Shown here: positions 17,034-26,029 of the stretch, piece after piece
Layout of the letters: the number at the start of each line of letters is the position of its first letter
Numbering within the stretch: the stretch's first letter is position 1
Origin: Pseudomonadota bacterium
GTDB taxonomy: Bacteria; Myxococcota_A; UBA9042; GCA-2863065
DNA: 64,000 bases
Assembly (NCBI GenBank): GCA_005776725.1
Contig: SXOO01000158.1
Span: 2,769 to 66,768, forward strand
Reading direction: 5' to 3'
Made by a program: the position numbers and the translations under genes
Notes under the pieces: generated by a model
What the model was told of the DNA's origin: nothing
The model's database searches: none
Seen by the model: the letters and a program-made list of their open reading frames with translations, nothing else

Positions 17034-20000
17034 ATGCGTCGAGTCGTGTGTCTGGTGGTGTTGTCCGCGCTGAGCTGCTGCCCCGATGACGAGGGGAGCT
17101 CGGCCTTCAGCGTCGCGCAAAGCCCAATCATTGGCGTCGACCCCGACCCCGTAGCGTTCGAGAGCGTGCTCAAGGGCGACTCCGCCACCATCACGGTCAC
17201 GATCGGCAACTCGCTCGAAGCCAGCGGCGTGCTCGCGCTAGAGACCGTACAGCTCGCGGCCACGCGCGACCTCACGATCACGCAGCCCGAAGCGCTCACG
17301 CTCGAGCCCGGTCAGTCCACCACCATGACGGTCACCTACGCCCCCACGGACGACGAGGCCGACGGTGGTCAGCTGCTCTTCCGCTGGCGCAACAGCGTGG
17401 AGACCAAGGCGGTGAACATCATCACGGCCGCGCAGAGCGGCGCGCTCCTGATCGAGCCCTCGCCGATCGCCTTTGGGCTCGTCCCCTCGGGCCAGTCCAA
17501 GGTCCGGAATGTGCGTATCCTCAACAACGGCACCGGCGACATCCCGGTGGGTAAGTTCACCATTACGGCCGGCACCTCGGACTTCACGATCGTGGGCGTC
17601 TATCACCCCGTCGAGAAGGTCTGCCCGGGCCTCCCCGAGGGCGCGGGGCTCGAGGGCAACCAGGTCGTCCCGGCCGGCGGTGGTTTGTGCGTCGACGTGA
17701 GCTACACCCCAAAGGGCTCCAACGCAGATAACGGCGTCTTCGCCGTCAACCCGCCGTTCGACCCGGAGAACATCCAGACGGAGCCCCTGCTCACCGCGGC
17801 GATCACCGGCGACGAGTCGGCGCCGAGGGTCGTGCTCAACCCGGAGAAGCTGGAGTTCGGCGCCCTCGACATCGACGAGGCGAAGGAGCTCGAGTTCACG
17901 ATCAAGAACGCGGGTAACGCGAACCTCGTGCTGTCGTCGGTCGCCAAGAACGGCAGCACCCTCGAGATCTGGAACGACGTCACGGTCGTCACGCAGGTGG
18001 CGGCCGACACCGTCGTCGTCCCGCACGAAGGCAACGACGACAACGCCATCGCCGTGACCGTGCGCTTCAAGCCCACGAAGTCGTATGCGGCCACCAATGG
18101 GACGATCGGGTCCATCGTGGTGGCGTCCAACGACCCGCAGAACCCCGCCGCCGAGGTGAAGATCTTCGGCGATCCGAAGGCGCCGAAGCTGCAAGTGACG
18201 CCGCCGGAGCTCGTGGACTTCGGGGTGGTCGCCCAAGGTCACACCTCCAAGCGGAGCCTGATCTTCACGAACACGGGGACGTCGGCCCTCCAGGTCACTG
18301 GCGTGGCCCTCGCTGACGCGGCCGGCGGCGAGTTCTCGATCCTGGATGCTCCCGAGGACCCCATGGTGATCGGTGCTGGCGACTTCCGCACCGTCGACCT
18401 CCAGTACAAGAACACCGGCGGCGCCGTGAACGAGGTGGTCAATGGCAAGCTCGCCTTCGCCTCCAACGACCCCGGCGGGGCCACCTCGGTGGCGCTTCGC
18501 GCTCAGCGCACCGACAAGGCCACCTGCAAGCTCAAGCTGGACCCGGCCACGGTCAACTTCGGCGTAGTGGGCTACGGCGGCGAGAAGGTGGTCACGGTGA
18601 ACGTGACGAACATCGGGTCGTCGCCGTGCTCGCCGTACAAGGTCGCGCTGGCGGACGGCTCGAGCGGGATCATCCCCGGCTCCCCGGCCACGTGCACCGC
18701 GCCGGTCGCGCTCGTGAACCACTCCGACAACTTCGCCGTGCTCAACGAGCCGCCGGGGATCAAGGACTTCCTCCAGCCGGGGCAGACCATCCCGCTCCAG
18801 GTGAAGTACGTCCCGCAGGTCAACCTGTTCAGCGAAGCCTTCTCATTCGGAGAGCTCGTGACGGTCTCCGGGCTCCTGCAGGTGTTCATGTACGACTACG
18901 CCAACCTCACGGCCGAGGGCGACCCCACCGAGGTGCGCGTGCCCGACGTCGCGGGAGCCCAGCCGGCCGCCTGCAACCTCACCGGCAAGTCCGGTCCCGC
19001 GGCCATCGCGGCGATCCCCGGTAACGTCGAGTTCGATCTCACCACCGTGGGCTGCTTCTCGAAGACCGAAGAGGTCAAGGTCTACAACAACGGCAAGGCG
19101 CCGGTGCACCTCTGCGGCATCGAGCTCGACGGCAGCTGCCCCGAGTTCAAGCTCAAGAACGTTCCGCCCATCCCCAGCTGCGCCAACGGCGGCGCTGGGT
19201 ATGTGCTGAGCCCCGGCAACCCCATCACGTTCGGCGTGGTCTACGGGCCCCAGGATCTCAACCCCGACGGATGTACGATCCTGGTCACCTCGGACCAGCC
19301 GGATCTCACGATCCCGCTCTCCGGCGCCGGCACCTACGACACACACCAGACGGACATCTACACGCAGCTGTCCGGCCAGGTGGTCGACGTGCTCTTCGTG
19401 GTGGACGACTCCGGCTCGATGAGCGAGGAGCAGGACAACCTCGCGTCCAACATCAGCGCTTTCGTCGCCACCGCGGCCCAATGGCAGACCGACTTCCACA
19501 TCGGCGTGGTCTCCACGGACATCGACGACGCCAACGCCACGAAGGGCGAGCTCCTCACCGACGGCGGCACGCAGCCGCGCTTCTTCACCACACAGAGCGG
19601 CATCAACGGCTTCGCCCAGACGGTCAAGGGCATGGGCACCAACGGCTCCGGCACGGAGCAGGGCCTCGAGGCCGGCAAGATGGCGCTGTCCTCGCCGCTC
19701 ACGATCGAGAAGGGGGCCGCGCCGAAGGCGTGCGCCACGGACACGGAGTGTGTGAAGCCGCTGAAGTGCACCCCGAGCGTGCTCGAGACCAACAAGAAGT
19801 ACTGCATGGGGTGGAACGCCGAGTTCATCCGCGACGACGCGGTGCTCGAGGTGGTCTTCGTGAGCGACGAGGAGGACCAGAGCAGCGCGGGCGTCACGTT
19901 CTATCAGGACTTCTTCCGCAGCATCAAAGGCTTCGCCAACACCGGGCTCTTCCATGCCCACGCCATCGTCGGCGACTCCGGCGGCGGCTGCTCCTCGGCC

Positions 20001-20324
20001 GATGGCGCGGCCGACGCCGGCGAGCGGTACATCGACCTGGCCAACCTCGTCGGTGGCAAGGTCAAGTCGATCTGCGACAACGACTGGGCCGCCATCCTCG
20101 AGGACCTGGGCAACATCGCGTTCGGCCTCAAGGTGCAGTTCTTCCTGAGCCGACCGCCGATCGTCGACACGATCACCGTGGAGGTCGACGGCCAGAACTG
20201 TACGACGGGCTGGTCCTACGACGAGGCCGCCAACGCGATCCTGTTCGAGAACCCCGGCCCCTGCATGCCGCAGGAGGGCCAGGAGATCGTGATCGACTAC
20301 GACGTCTTCTGCTTCGGCGGGTAA
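17034..20324 (+). CDS. giant secreted lipoprotein: multiple Ig-like/ASH-type beta-sandwich repeats plus VWA-like domain
   Basis: Frame of ORF 17031..20324; ATG at 17034 preceded by GGAGG. Lipobox VLSALSC. Repeated ~100-aa units: ...PSPIAFGLVPSGQSKVRNVRILNNGTGDIPV..., ...LEFGALDIDEAKELEFTIKNAGNANLVL..., ...VDFGVVAQGHTSKRSLIFTNTGTSALQV... VWA/MIDAS-like: VDVLFVVDDSGSMSEEQDNLA. Confidence 0.75.
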   Translation: MRRVVCLVVLSALSCCPDDEGSSAFSVAQSPIIGVDPDPVAFESVLKGDSATITVTIGNSLEASGVLALETVQLAATRDLTITQPEALTLEPGQSTTMTVTYAPTDDEADGGQLLFRWRNSVETKAVNIITAAQSGALLIEPSPIAFGLVPSGQSKVRNVRILNNGTGDIPVGKFTITAGTSDFTIVGVYHPVEKVCPGLPEGAGLEGNQVVPAGGGLCVDVSYTPKGSNADNGVFAVNPPFDPENIQTEPLLTAAITGDESAPRVVLNPEKLEFGALDIDEAKELEFTIKNAGNANLVLSSVAKNGSTLEIWNDVTVVTQVAADTVVVPHEGNDDNAIAVTVRFKPTKSYAATNGTIGSIVVASNDPQNPAAEVKIFGDPKAPKLQVTPPELVDFGVVAQGHTSKRSLIFTNTGTSALQVTGVALADAAGGEFSILDAPEDPMVIGAGDFRTVDLQYKNTGGAVNEVVNGKLAFASNDPGGATSVALRAQRTDKATCKLKLDPATVNFGVVGYGGEKVVTVNVTNIGSSPCSPYKVALADGSSGIIPGSPATCTAPVALVNHSDNFAVLNEPPGIKDFLQPGQTIPLQVKYVPQVNLFSEAFSFGELVTVSGLLQVFMYDYANLTAEGDPTEVRVPDVAGAQPAACNLTGKSGPAAIAAIPGNVEFDLTTVGCFSKTEEVKVYNNGKAPVHLCGIELDGSCPEFKLKNVPPIPSCANGGAGYVLSPGNPITFGVVYGPQDLNPDGCTILVTSDQPDLTIPLSGAGTYDTHQTDIYTQLSGQVVDVLFVVDDSGSMSEEQDNLASNISAFVATAAQWQTDFHIGVVSTDIDDANATKGELLTDGGTQPRFFTTQSGINGFAQTVKGMGTNGSGTEQGLEAGKMALSSPLTIEKGAAPKACATDTECVKPLKCTPSVLETNKKYCMGWNAEFIRDDAVLEVVFVSDEEDQSSAGVTFYQDFFRSIKGFANTGLFHAHAIVGDSGGGCSSADGAADAGERYIDLANLVGGKVKSICDNDWAAILEDLGNIAFGLKVQFFLSRPPIVDTITVEVDGQNCTTGWSYDEAANAILFENPGPCMPQEGQEIVIDYDVFCFGG

Positions 20325-20382
20325 GTCCTCGCCGGCGGGGCCCTGCCGCGGAGCCTGGTAGGCGAGGGCACCCGCGCCATCG

Positions 20383-20403
20383 GCCGCCTGCTAGGCGGCT
20401 TTT
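20383..20403 (+). terminator. weak intrinsic-terminator candidate after the giant lipoprotein gene
   Basis: gccgcc tgcta ggcggc tttt (6-bp stem, T4), 59 nt past the stop at 20324. It overlaps the last codons of the convergent nadA. Confidence 0.3.
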
Positions 20404-21740
20404 GCGCCCTCGACGATCGCGATCATCTGCTCCAGGGAGCGCCGCGCCTCCTCCACCAGGCGCGCTTGAGCGGCCTCTGAGAGGCGCTCGCGCCAGCCCG
20501 TTCGCTCGTTGACCACGTCGCCGGGTGCCACGCGGTTCAGGTCGGGCGCGCGGCCCTTCGCGAGCAGATCGACCAGGGCCACGAGGTGCGGCGGGTCGTT
20601 CCGGCTCATCGTGGCGCAGCCGCAGCCCTGGCCGCGCAGGTGGGGCACGTCGGCCATATTGACCACCATGACGCCGCGGGCCGCGGCGGCGACGCGTGCG
20701 TTGGTCACGAAGTGCCCCTCTGTGGCCACCGCGACTCGCGACCCCGAGGGCGCGTCCATCACGGCGCTCCACAGATAGCTGGTGGAGCCGTGCCCGTCTG
20801 CCGCGTCCACGACCGGCTTTGGGCACTCGGGGTGAACGACCACGCGATACCCCTGCGCCTGCCAGTAGGCCACCTGCTCCACGGTGAACGCGGTGTGCAC
20901 GCCGCAGTAGCCGCCCCAGAGGATGAGCTCGGCCCCGTCGCAGCGCGCTCGGTCAGCGGCCGTGAGGTCTCCCCAACGGAGCCCGGGGCGCTCCTTGGGA
21001 CCCGGCCAGACAAACTGCTTCTCGGGTGGGATGCCCACGGCGGCGGCTGAGTTCTCTCCCAGGTGGCGATCGGGGACGAAGAAGACGCGCTTGCCCTGCC
21101 GGCGCGCCCACGCGAGTACGTCCTTGGCGTTGGAGCTGGTACAGACAGCGCCGCCGGTGCGACCCGCCAGGGCCTTGATCCGCCCCGAGGTGTTCATGTA
21201 GGCCACCACGACCAGCTCGCCGTCGTAGCGCTCGAGCAGGGCGTCGGCCACCGGCTCGAGCATGTGGTCCTTGGCCATCATCTCCATCGTGCACCCGGAG
21301 CGCGGGTTGGTGATGAAGACCTCCTGGTGGGGGTGCTTCAGGATCGCGATCGACTCCGCCATGAAGTGGACGGCGGACTCCACGAAGTAACGCGTGCCGG
21401 GGTTCTTCCGCGTCTCCAAAGCCAGCTGGTAGCTGTCGGCGATGCGCCCGCCGTACCGCTCCACCAGCTTGACGATCTCGCCGCCCATGTAGAAGTGGGC
21501 CAGCAGCATGAGGTCGGGGCCCAGCTGCCGCAGGGCAGGGCGCATGCGCTCGTCCATCCAGGGGAGCACCGTGGCGGGCAGCCGATCGGGCAGCGCGAGG
21601 TATTCCTCTGCGTACGGCTTGAACTCGGGCTGATACCAATCCAGCGGCAGGTCTGTCTGGCAGATGGGCATGTCGGGCTCGATGATGAGCCCCGAGGGAG
21701 TGAACGACCGATCGGTGACGGCCGTGGTGTACGCCGTCAT
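20391..21740 (-). CDS. nadA: quinolinate synthase
   Basis: Frame of ORF 20391..22034; start moved to ATG 21740 (ATGA overlap with the upstream stop at 21737). Motifs: LLAHFYMGGEIVKL, FVESAVHFMAESIAIL, NPRSGCTMEMM, VAYMNTSGRIKAL, VCTSSNAKDV, FFVPDRHLG, LWGGYCGVHTAF, VHPECPKPVV, VATEGHFV, GCGCATMSRN. Confidence 0.9.
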   Translation of the reverse strand: MTAYTTAVTDRSFTPSGLIIEPDMPICQTDLPLDWYQPEFKPYAEEYLALPDRLPATVLPWMDERMRPALRQLGPDLMLLAHFYMGGEIVKLVERYGGRIADSYQLALETRKNPGTRYFVESAVHFMAESIAILKHPHQEVFITNPRSGCTMEMMAKDHMLEPVADALLERYDGELVVVAYMNTSGRIKALAGRTGGAVCTSSNAKDVLAWARRQGKRVFFVPDRHLGENSAAAVGIPPEKQFVWPGPKERPGLRWGDLTAADRARCDGAELILWGGYCGVHTAFTVEQVAYWQAQGYRVVVHPECPKPVVDAADGHGSTSYLWSAVMDAPSGSRVAVATEGHFVTNARVAAAARGVMVVNMADVPHLRGQGCGCATMSRNDPPHLVALVDLLAKGRAPDLNRVAPGDVVNERTGWRERLSEAAQARLVEEARRSLEQMIAIVEGAKAA

Positions 21741-22351
21741 CCCGTCTTCTCGCGCTGCGCGGAGACCTCCGACAGGTCCTGCACGGCGCCTTCGATCGGG
21801 CGGATCTGGATCTCGTCGTCCGACGACTCGTAGGCGTCGGAGAGGGAGCGCTGGATGTTCACGCAGGCGGCGTGCAGCTTCAGGATGGTCTCGGTAGGCC
21901 GCGAGTACAGGGTGTAGAGCTGCCGGTTGGCCTCGCGGAGTCGGCTCGACAGGTGGATCAAGATCTGGTCGAGCACCTTGAACGCGAACGGGCTCCCCGC
22001 GTTGAAGAGGCGCTCGAAGTCGTCGCGCGAACACTCGAGGGTGGTCACGTCTTCGAGGGCGGTGATCGTGGCCGAGCGGGGCTTGCCGTCGATCAGCGAG
22101 ACCTGGCCGATCATCGCGCCGCGAGTGAGCACGCCCAAGCGCTCTGGGGCGCTAGCGCGTACGGCCTTCGACACCTCGACCGTGCCCCGGCACAAGATGA
22201 AGAACGTGAACGGGCGGTCCCCTTCGCGGCAGAGCTGCTCACCTGCTTCGTATTGCCGGCGCTGGAAGATGGCGAGCAAGGTCTGGCGCTCGCGCTCGGA
22301 GAGCCCGGAGAACGCCGCGATGCCGTCGATTAAGGTGCTTTCTGTGGCCAT
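21737..22351 (-). CDS. cyclic-nucleotide-binding domain protein (stand-alone CNB plus helical tail)
   Basis: ORF 21737..22351: FSGLSERERQTLLAIFQRRQYEAGEQLCREGDRPFTFFILCRGTVEV...GAMIGQVSLIDGKPRSATITALEDVTTLECSRDDF. Confidence 0.8.
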   Translation of the reverse strand: MATESTLIDGIAAFSGLSERERQTLLAIFQRRQYEAGEQLCREGDRPFTFFILCRGTVEVSKAVRASAPERLGVLTRGAMIGQVSLIDGKPRSATITALEDVTTLECSRDDFERLFNAGSPFAFKVLDQILIHLSSRLREANRQLYTLYSRPTETILKLHAACVNIQRSLSDAYESSDDEIQIRPIEGAVQDLSEVSAQREKTG

Positions 22352-22354
22352 GGC

Positions 22355-22900
22355 TCAGGTCCCCCCTGTGGGGGCGTCGTCGTGGGCGCCGCTCTCCGCG
22401 AGCACGCGGATCCGCTTCTCCATGATGCGTAGGTGCCGCTCTGGCTCGCTGAACATGTCTTCCATACGCGCGTTGATGCCGCGGAGGCGGTCGCAGATCA
22501 TCGGGGCGATCGCGCGGAGCACCTTGAACGCGGCGGGGCGAAGCTTGTCGCGCAGCTCGATGAACGCCGTGCGCTCAAGGAAGTAGAGGATGCAGTCGTC
22601 CACCGCGGTGACGGTGGCGCTGGTGGGCTGACCATCGATGAGCGACAGCTCTCCGAGCACATCGCCCTTCTGGAACGTGGCAAGGAAGGTGTCGTCGCCC
22701 TGGAAGAGCCGGAGCCGGGCCTGGGCGCGACCGTGCACGATGACGTACATGCCCCGTCCGGCTTCGCCCTCCTTCACGATGACCTTCCCGGCCTCGGCCT
22801 TTACGAGCCGCGCGATCCGCACGATCTCGTCCATCTCGATGGGGGTGAGCGCCCGGAAGAGGGGCACGGCGTTGGTGAGGGGCTCGTAGTCGCGGCTCAT
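22355..22900 (-). CDS. cyclic-nucleotide-binding domain protein (paralogue of the previous gene)
   Basis: ORF 22355..22900: FRALTPIEMDEIVRIARLVKAEAGKVIVKEGEAGRGMYVIVHGRAQ...GDVLGELSLIDGQPTSATVTAVDDCILYFLERTAF. Confidence 0.8.
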   Translation of the reverse strand: MSRDYEPLTNAVPLFRALTPIEMDEIVRIARLVKAEAGKVIVKEGEAGRGMYVIVHGRAQARLRLFQGDDTFLATFQKGDVLGELSLIDGQPTSATVTAVDDCILYFLERTAFIELRDKLRPAAFKVLRAIAPMICDRLRGINARMEDMFSEPERHLRIMEKRIRVLAESGAHDDAPTGGT

Positions 22901-23017
22901 GGAAGCAGCAGCATACCGCTCGCGAATTCGCTAAGCCAAGCAAGTCAGGGGGTTTCGGCGTCGTCGACTGCCTGATAGCCTCCGCTTCGGCTGGCACACC
23001 CGAGGAGCGAGGTACTC

Positions 23018-24934
23018 ATGCGTCTCACCACGAAGTCCGCGGCGCTCATTGCGCTGCTCTCCACCGGGCCTGCCGCGGCGTGCGGCGGCTTCTTCTGCAG
23101 CCAGGTCCCGGTGGACCAAGCCGGCGAGCAGATCCTCTTCGCCGTCAACGGCAACGAGGTCACGGCGCACATCCAGATCGCCTACACGGGCGAGGCCGAG
23201 AAGTTCTCGTGGGTCCTGCCCCTGCCGTCGGTCCCCACGCTGGGAGTCGGCACGGAGGACGTCTTCACCTTCCTCCGTCAGACCACGGATCCGCGGTTCA
23301 CGCTCCAGTGGAACTGGCTCGACGGCTGCAGCGCGGGCGACGAGTGTTTCCCCTCGGCCGAAGACGGCGGCTTCCAGGACGGCGGCGACGACGGGACCGA
23401 AGGCACAGACGGGGGAGGCGTCTCCGTGGTGGCCGAGGGCAGCGTGGGCCCCTTCGACTACAAGGTGGTCGAGTCCACGTCGGGCGACGCGCTGTTCGAG
23501 TGGCTCAACGACAACGGCTACGACCAGCCCGAGTCATCGAAGCCCATCGTGGGCCACTACGTGAACCAGGAGTTCAAGTTCCTGGCGCTGCGTCTGCAGA
23601 AGGACAAGTCCGCGGGCGATCTGCAGCCGGTGGTCATCTCCTACACGTCTGAGACCTTTGCCTGCGTGCCGCTGAAGCTCACGTCGATCGCGGCGGCCCC
23701 GGACATGCCCGTGCGCACGTGGGTGCTGGCCGGAGCCCGCGCGGTCCCCATGAACTTCTTCCACGTCACGCTCAACCCGAAGGCCTATCCGTGGCTCGAC
23801 TGCGGCAGCTGGTGGGGCGGCAGCGGCGTGGACTGCGCCAAGGCGTACACCGACATGGTCACCGAGGCCGCGAACGCCGCGAACGGCCACGCTTTCGTCA
23901 CCGAGTACGCCGGTCCCTCTTCGATCATGTCGGGCGTGCTGTTCCAACCGGGGCAGTGGAACCTCTCGCCGCTCAAGGGGATCTCGGATCCTTCGGCCTA
24001 CCTCGACGCGCTGATGGAGCAGGGCTTTCCGCGCACCAGCCTCATGCAGGAGGTCATCCGCAAGTGGATCCCGAAGCCGGCCGACGCCTCTGAAGACTGC
24101 GACGAAGACGCCGAGTTCTACACGTGGAACCGCGAGGCGTGCTTCGCGCAGCTGCCGGACGACTTCGTCTTCGACCCGGCCGGCATGACCCTAGACCTCG
24201 AGCAGCGCGTGGTGGAGCCGGCGAAGGCGGCACAGGCGCTGTTCGACGCCCACACCTACCTCACGCGCGTCTTCACCACCGTGTCCCCCGACGAGATGAC
24301 GAAGGACCCGATCTTCTCGTTCAACCCGGACCTGCCGGACGTGACGAATCAGCACACCACGTTCGCCACGCCCGTCTGCGCCGCCGGCGAGTCGTTGGCG
24401 AAGCAGCTGAAGCTCGAGTACCCGGATGGCTCGGAAGAGACCGTCGACATCACGCCGGGACAGGGCTGCAGCGGCCCGATCCTCGGGGGGAGTGACGGCG
24501 GCGACATCGCGGCCGTCTCGGAGATCCAGACCTTCGACGAGTCGGGCACCGCAACGGCGGTCCCGGCGGACGAGGTGGACGCGGCCGAGGCGAAGCTCGA
24601 GCTGCGTACCCCGAAGAGCGGGCAGTCCAAGGTCACGCAGGATCCCGCGAAGGCGGGCGCGAAGGACACCGTGAGCGGTCTGTTCGGAGCTCCCAGCGAC
24701 GCGCCCGCCCCGCCCGACAACACGGACGGGACAGACGCCACCGATGGCGCCGACGGCGCTGACGGCGTGGACGGCGTGGACGGCGTGGACGGCGCGGCCG
24801 GCGCGGAGGGCGGCACGTCGGACGGCGGTTCGTCGGGCGGCGGCTCGTCCGGTTGTTCGTCGTCCGGGGAGAGCACCTTCCCTGGCGTGGGCCTCCTCGC
24901 GTTCGTCCTGGCGTTCGCGCTGCGACGCCGCTAG
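23018..24934 (+). CDS. DUF2330-like secreted protein with MYXO-CTERM-type tail
   Basis: ORF 23018..24934. Signal peptide ending AAACGGFFCSQVPVDQAGEQILFAV...FSWVLPLP (N-terminal pattern as I recall for DUF2330). Gly/Asp/Ser-rich linker and C-terminal sorting tail. Confidence 0.65.
   Translation: MRLTTKSAALIALLSTGPAAACGGFFCSQVPVDQAGEQILFAVNGNEVTAHIQIAYTGEAEKFSWVLPLPSVPTLGVGTEDVFTFLRQTTDPRFTLQWNWLDGCSAGDECFPSAEDGGFQDGGDDGTEGTDGGGVSVVAEGSVGPFDYKVVESTSGDALFEWLNDNGYDQPESSKPIVGHYVNQEFKFLALRLQKDKSAGDLQPVVISYTSETFACVPLKLTSIAAAPDMPVRTWVLAGARAVPMNFFHVTLNPKAYPWLDCGSWWGGSGVDCAKAYTDMVTEAANAANGHAFVTEYAGPSSIMSGVLFQPGQWNLSPLKGISDPSAYLDALMEQGFPRTSLMQEVIRKWIPKPADASEDCDEDAEFYTWNREACFAQLPDDFVFDPAGMTLDLEQRVVEPAKAAQALFDAHTYLTRVFTTVSPDEMTKDPIFSFNPDLPDVTNQHTTFATPVCAAGESLAKQLKLEYPDGSEETVDITPGQGCSGPILGGSDGGDIAAVSEIQTFDESGTATAVPADEVDAAEAKLELRTPKSGQSKVTQDPAKAGAKDTVSGLFGAPSDAPAPPDNTDGTDATDGADGADGVDGVDGVDGAAGAEGGTSDGGSSGGGSSGCSSSGESTFPGVGLLAFVLAFALRRR
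24743..24796 (+). repeat. degenerate 9-nt coding tandem repeat (6 units; gacggcgtg x3 perfect)
   Basis: gatggcgcc gacggcgct gacggcgtg gacggcgtg gacggcgtg gacggcgcg, encoding DGADGADGVDGVDGVDGA. Confidence 0.8.
24851..24931 (+). other. MYXO-CTERM-like C-terminal sorting signal
   Basis: GCSSSGESTFPGVGLLAFVLAFALRRR: Gly-Cys motif, hydrophobic helix, Arg cluster at the extreme C-terminus. Confidence 0.65.
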
Positions 24935-25043
24935 AGACCCGCCCGCGAGGGCGGTCTGGCTGCACCGGTAGCCGCCGGTCGCTGCGGTCGCCGCGGCCTC
25001 TGGCTTGGTATTTCGCCACCGGTGGGCTAGGGTCTGCCCCCGT

Positions 25044-25745
25044 ATGTCGGCCTCCCACCGCCTCCCTGTAGCGCTCCTCGGCCTCTCGGCGGCGCTGTTC
25101 TTCCTCACGCTGTACTGGACGTTCTTCCGGGCGCCCCTCGAGGCCGAGATGGGCATCGTGCAGAAGATCTTCTATCTGCACGTGCCCGCCGCGATCTCGA
25201 TGCAGCTCCTCTTCGTGGCGTGCGGGATCGCCAGCCTGGTGGTTCTGGTCAAGGGCTCCCAGCGTGCGGACGCCTTCGCCGTTGCGGCGGCCGAGGTCGG
25301 CGTGGCGCTCGCGTTGTGCGTCCTCATCTCCGGGCCGCTCTGGGCGCGCAAGGCGTGGGGTCACTACTGGGAGTGGGAGCCCCGCCTCACGCTCACCCTG
25401 GTGCTCACGCTGCTGTTCATGGCCTACACGGCGCTTCGAGGCTTCGGCGGCGCCGATCCGCTCACTACCCGGATCGCCGCCGGCATCGCAATCGCCGGGA
25501 TCCCGGCGATCTACCTTGTCCGCGTCGCAGTCGAGTGGTGGGGCGGCACACACCCGCAGGTGGTCTGGAAGGGCGGCCTCGAGAACCTCGACATGCGCAT
25601 CGCGTTCGGCCTGGGCATCGCCACCTTCGTGACGCTCGCCGGGGGCCTGGTCATTCTCAGGACCCGCATCGAGCGGGCCCGACAGGATCTGGAGTCTCTC
25701 GCGCTCGACGCCGCCGCTCGTTACGACCTGGAGGACTCCGCATGA
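25044..25745 (+). CDS. ccmC: haem exporter / cytochrome c maturation protein CcmC
   Basis: Frame of ORF 25005..25745; ATG at 25044. KIFYLHVPAA (His), WWD-type motif AWGHYWEWEPRLTLTLVL, C-terminal WWGGTHPQ (His). Confidence 0.85.
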   Translation: MSASHRLPVALLGLSAALFFLTLYWTFFRAPLEAEMGIVQKIFYLHVPAAISMQLLFVACGIASLVVLVKGSQRADAFAVAAAEVGVALALCVLISGPLWARKAWGHYWEWEPRLTLTLVLTLLFMAYTALRGFGGADPLTTRIAAGIAIAGIPAIYLVRVAVEWWGGTHPQVVWKGGLENLDMRIAFGLGIATFVTLAGGLVILRTRIERARQDLESLALDAAARYDLEDSA

Positions 25746-26029
25746 TCCGCGCGTTCTGTCTCGCCCTTGTCTTCGCCGCGTCCGTCGCCGCCGCCCAGGC
25801 CCCGGCCCCCACGGCCGACGAAGCACCCAGCACCACGTTCCGTGCGGCCGATCCGTCGAAGTTCAAGGAGGACCTCGACGGCGTGCCGTTCATGGTGGGT
25901 GCGTACGCCGCGATCTGGGCGGTGCTCTTCGGCTACGTCGTGCTGCTGGTGCGGCGCTCCAAGAGCCTCGAGGGCGAAGTCGCGGCGCTGCGCGCCGATC
26001 TCGCCAAGGCGCAGCAGTCCGCCCGATGA
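25742..26029 (+). CDS. CcmD-like small membrane protein (alternative CcmD family)
   Basis: Internal ATG at 25742 in the frame of ORF 25220..26029 (ATGA overlap with the ccmC stop). Signal-like N-terminus MIRAFCLALVFAASVAAAQA. C-terminal TM VGAYAAIWAVLFGYVVLLVRR followed by a coiled tail. Confidence 0.55.
   Translation: MIRAFCLALVFAASVAAAQAPAPTADEAPSTTFRAADPSKFKEDLDGVPFMVGAYAAIWAVLFGYVVLLVRRSKSLEGEVAALRADLAKAQQSAR

Noticed and set aside
24937-24958. Imperfect GC hairpin (gacccgcccgcgagggcggtc) right after the DUF2330-like gene stop.
   Set aside because: The stem is bulged and no T-run follows, so I did not call it a terminator with any confidence.
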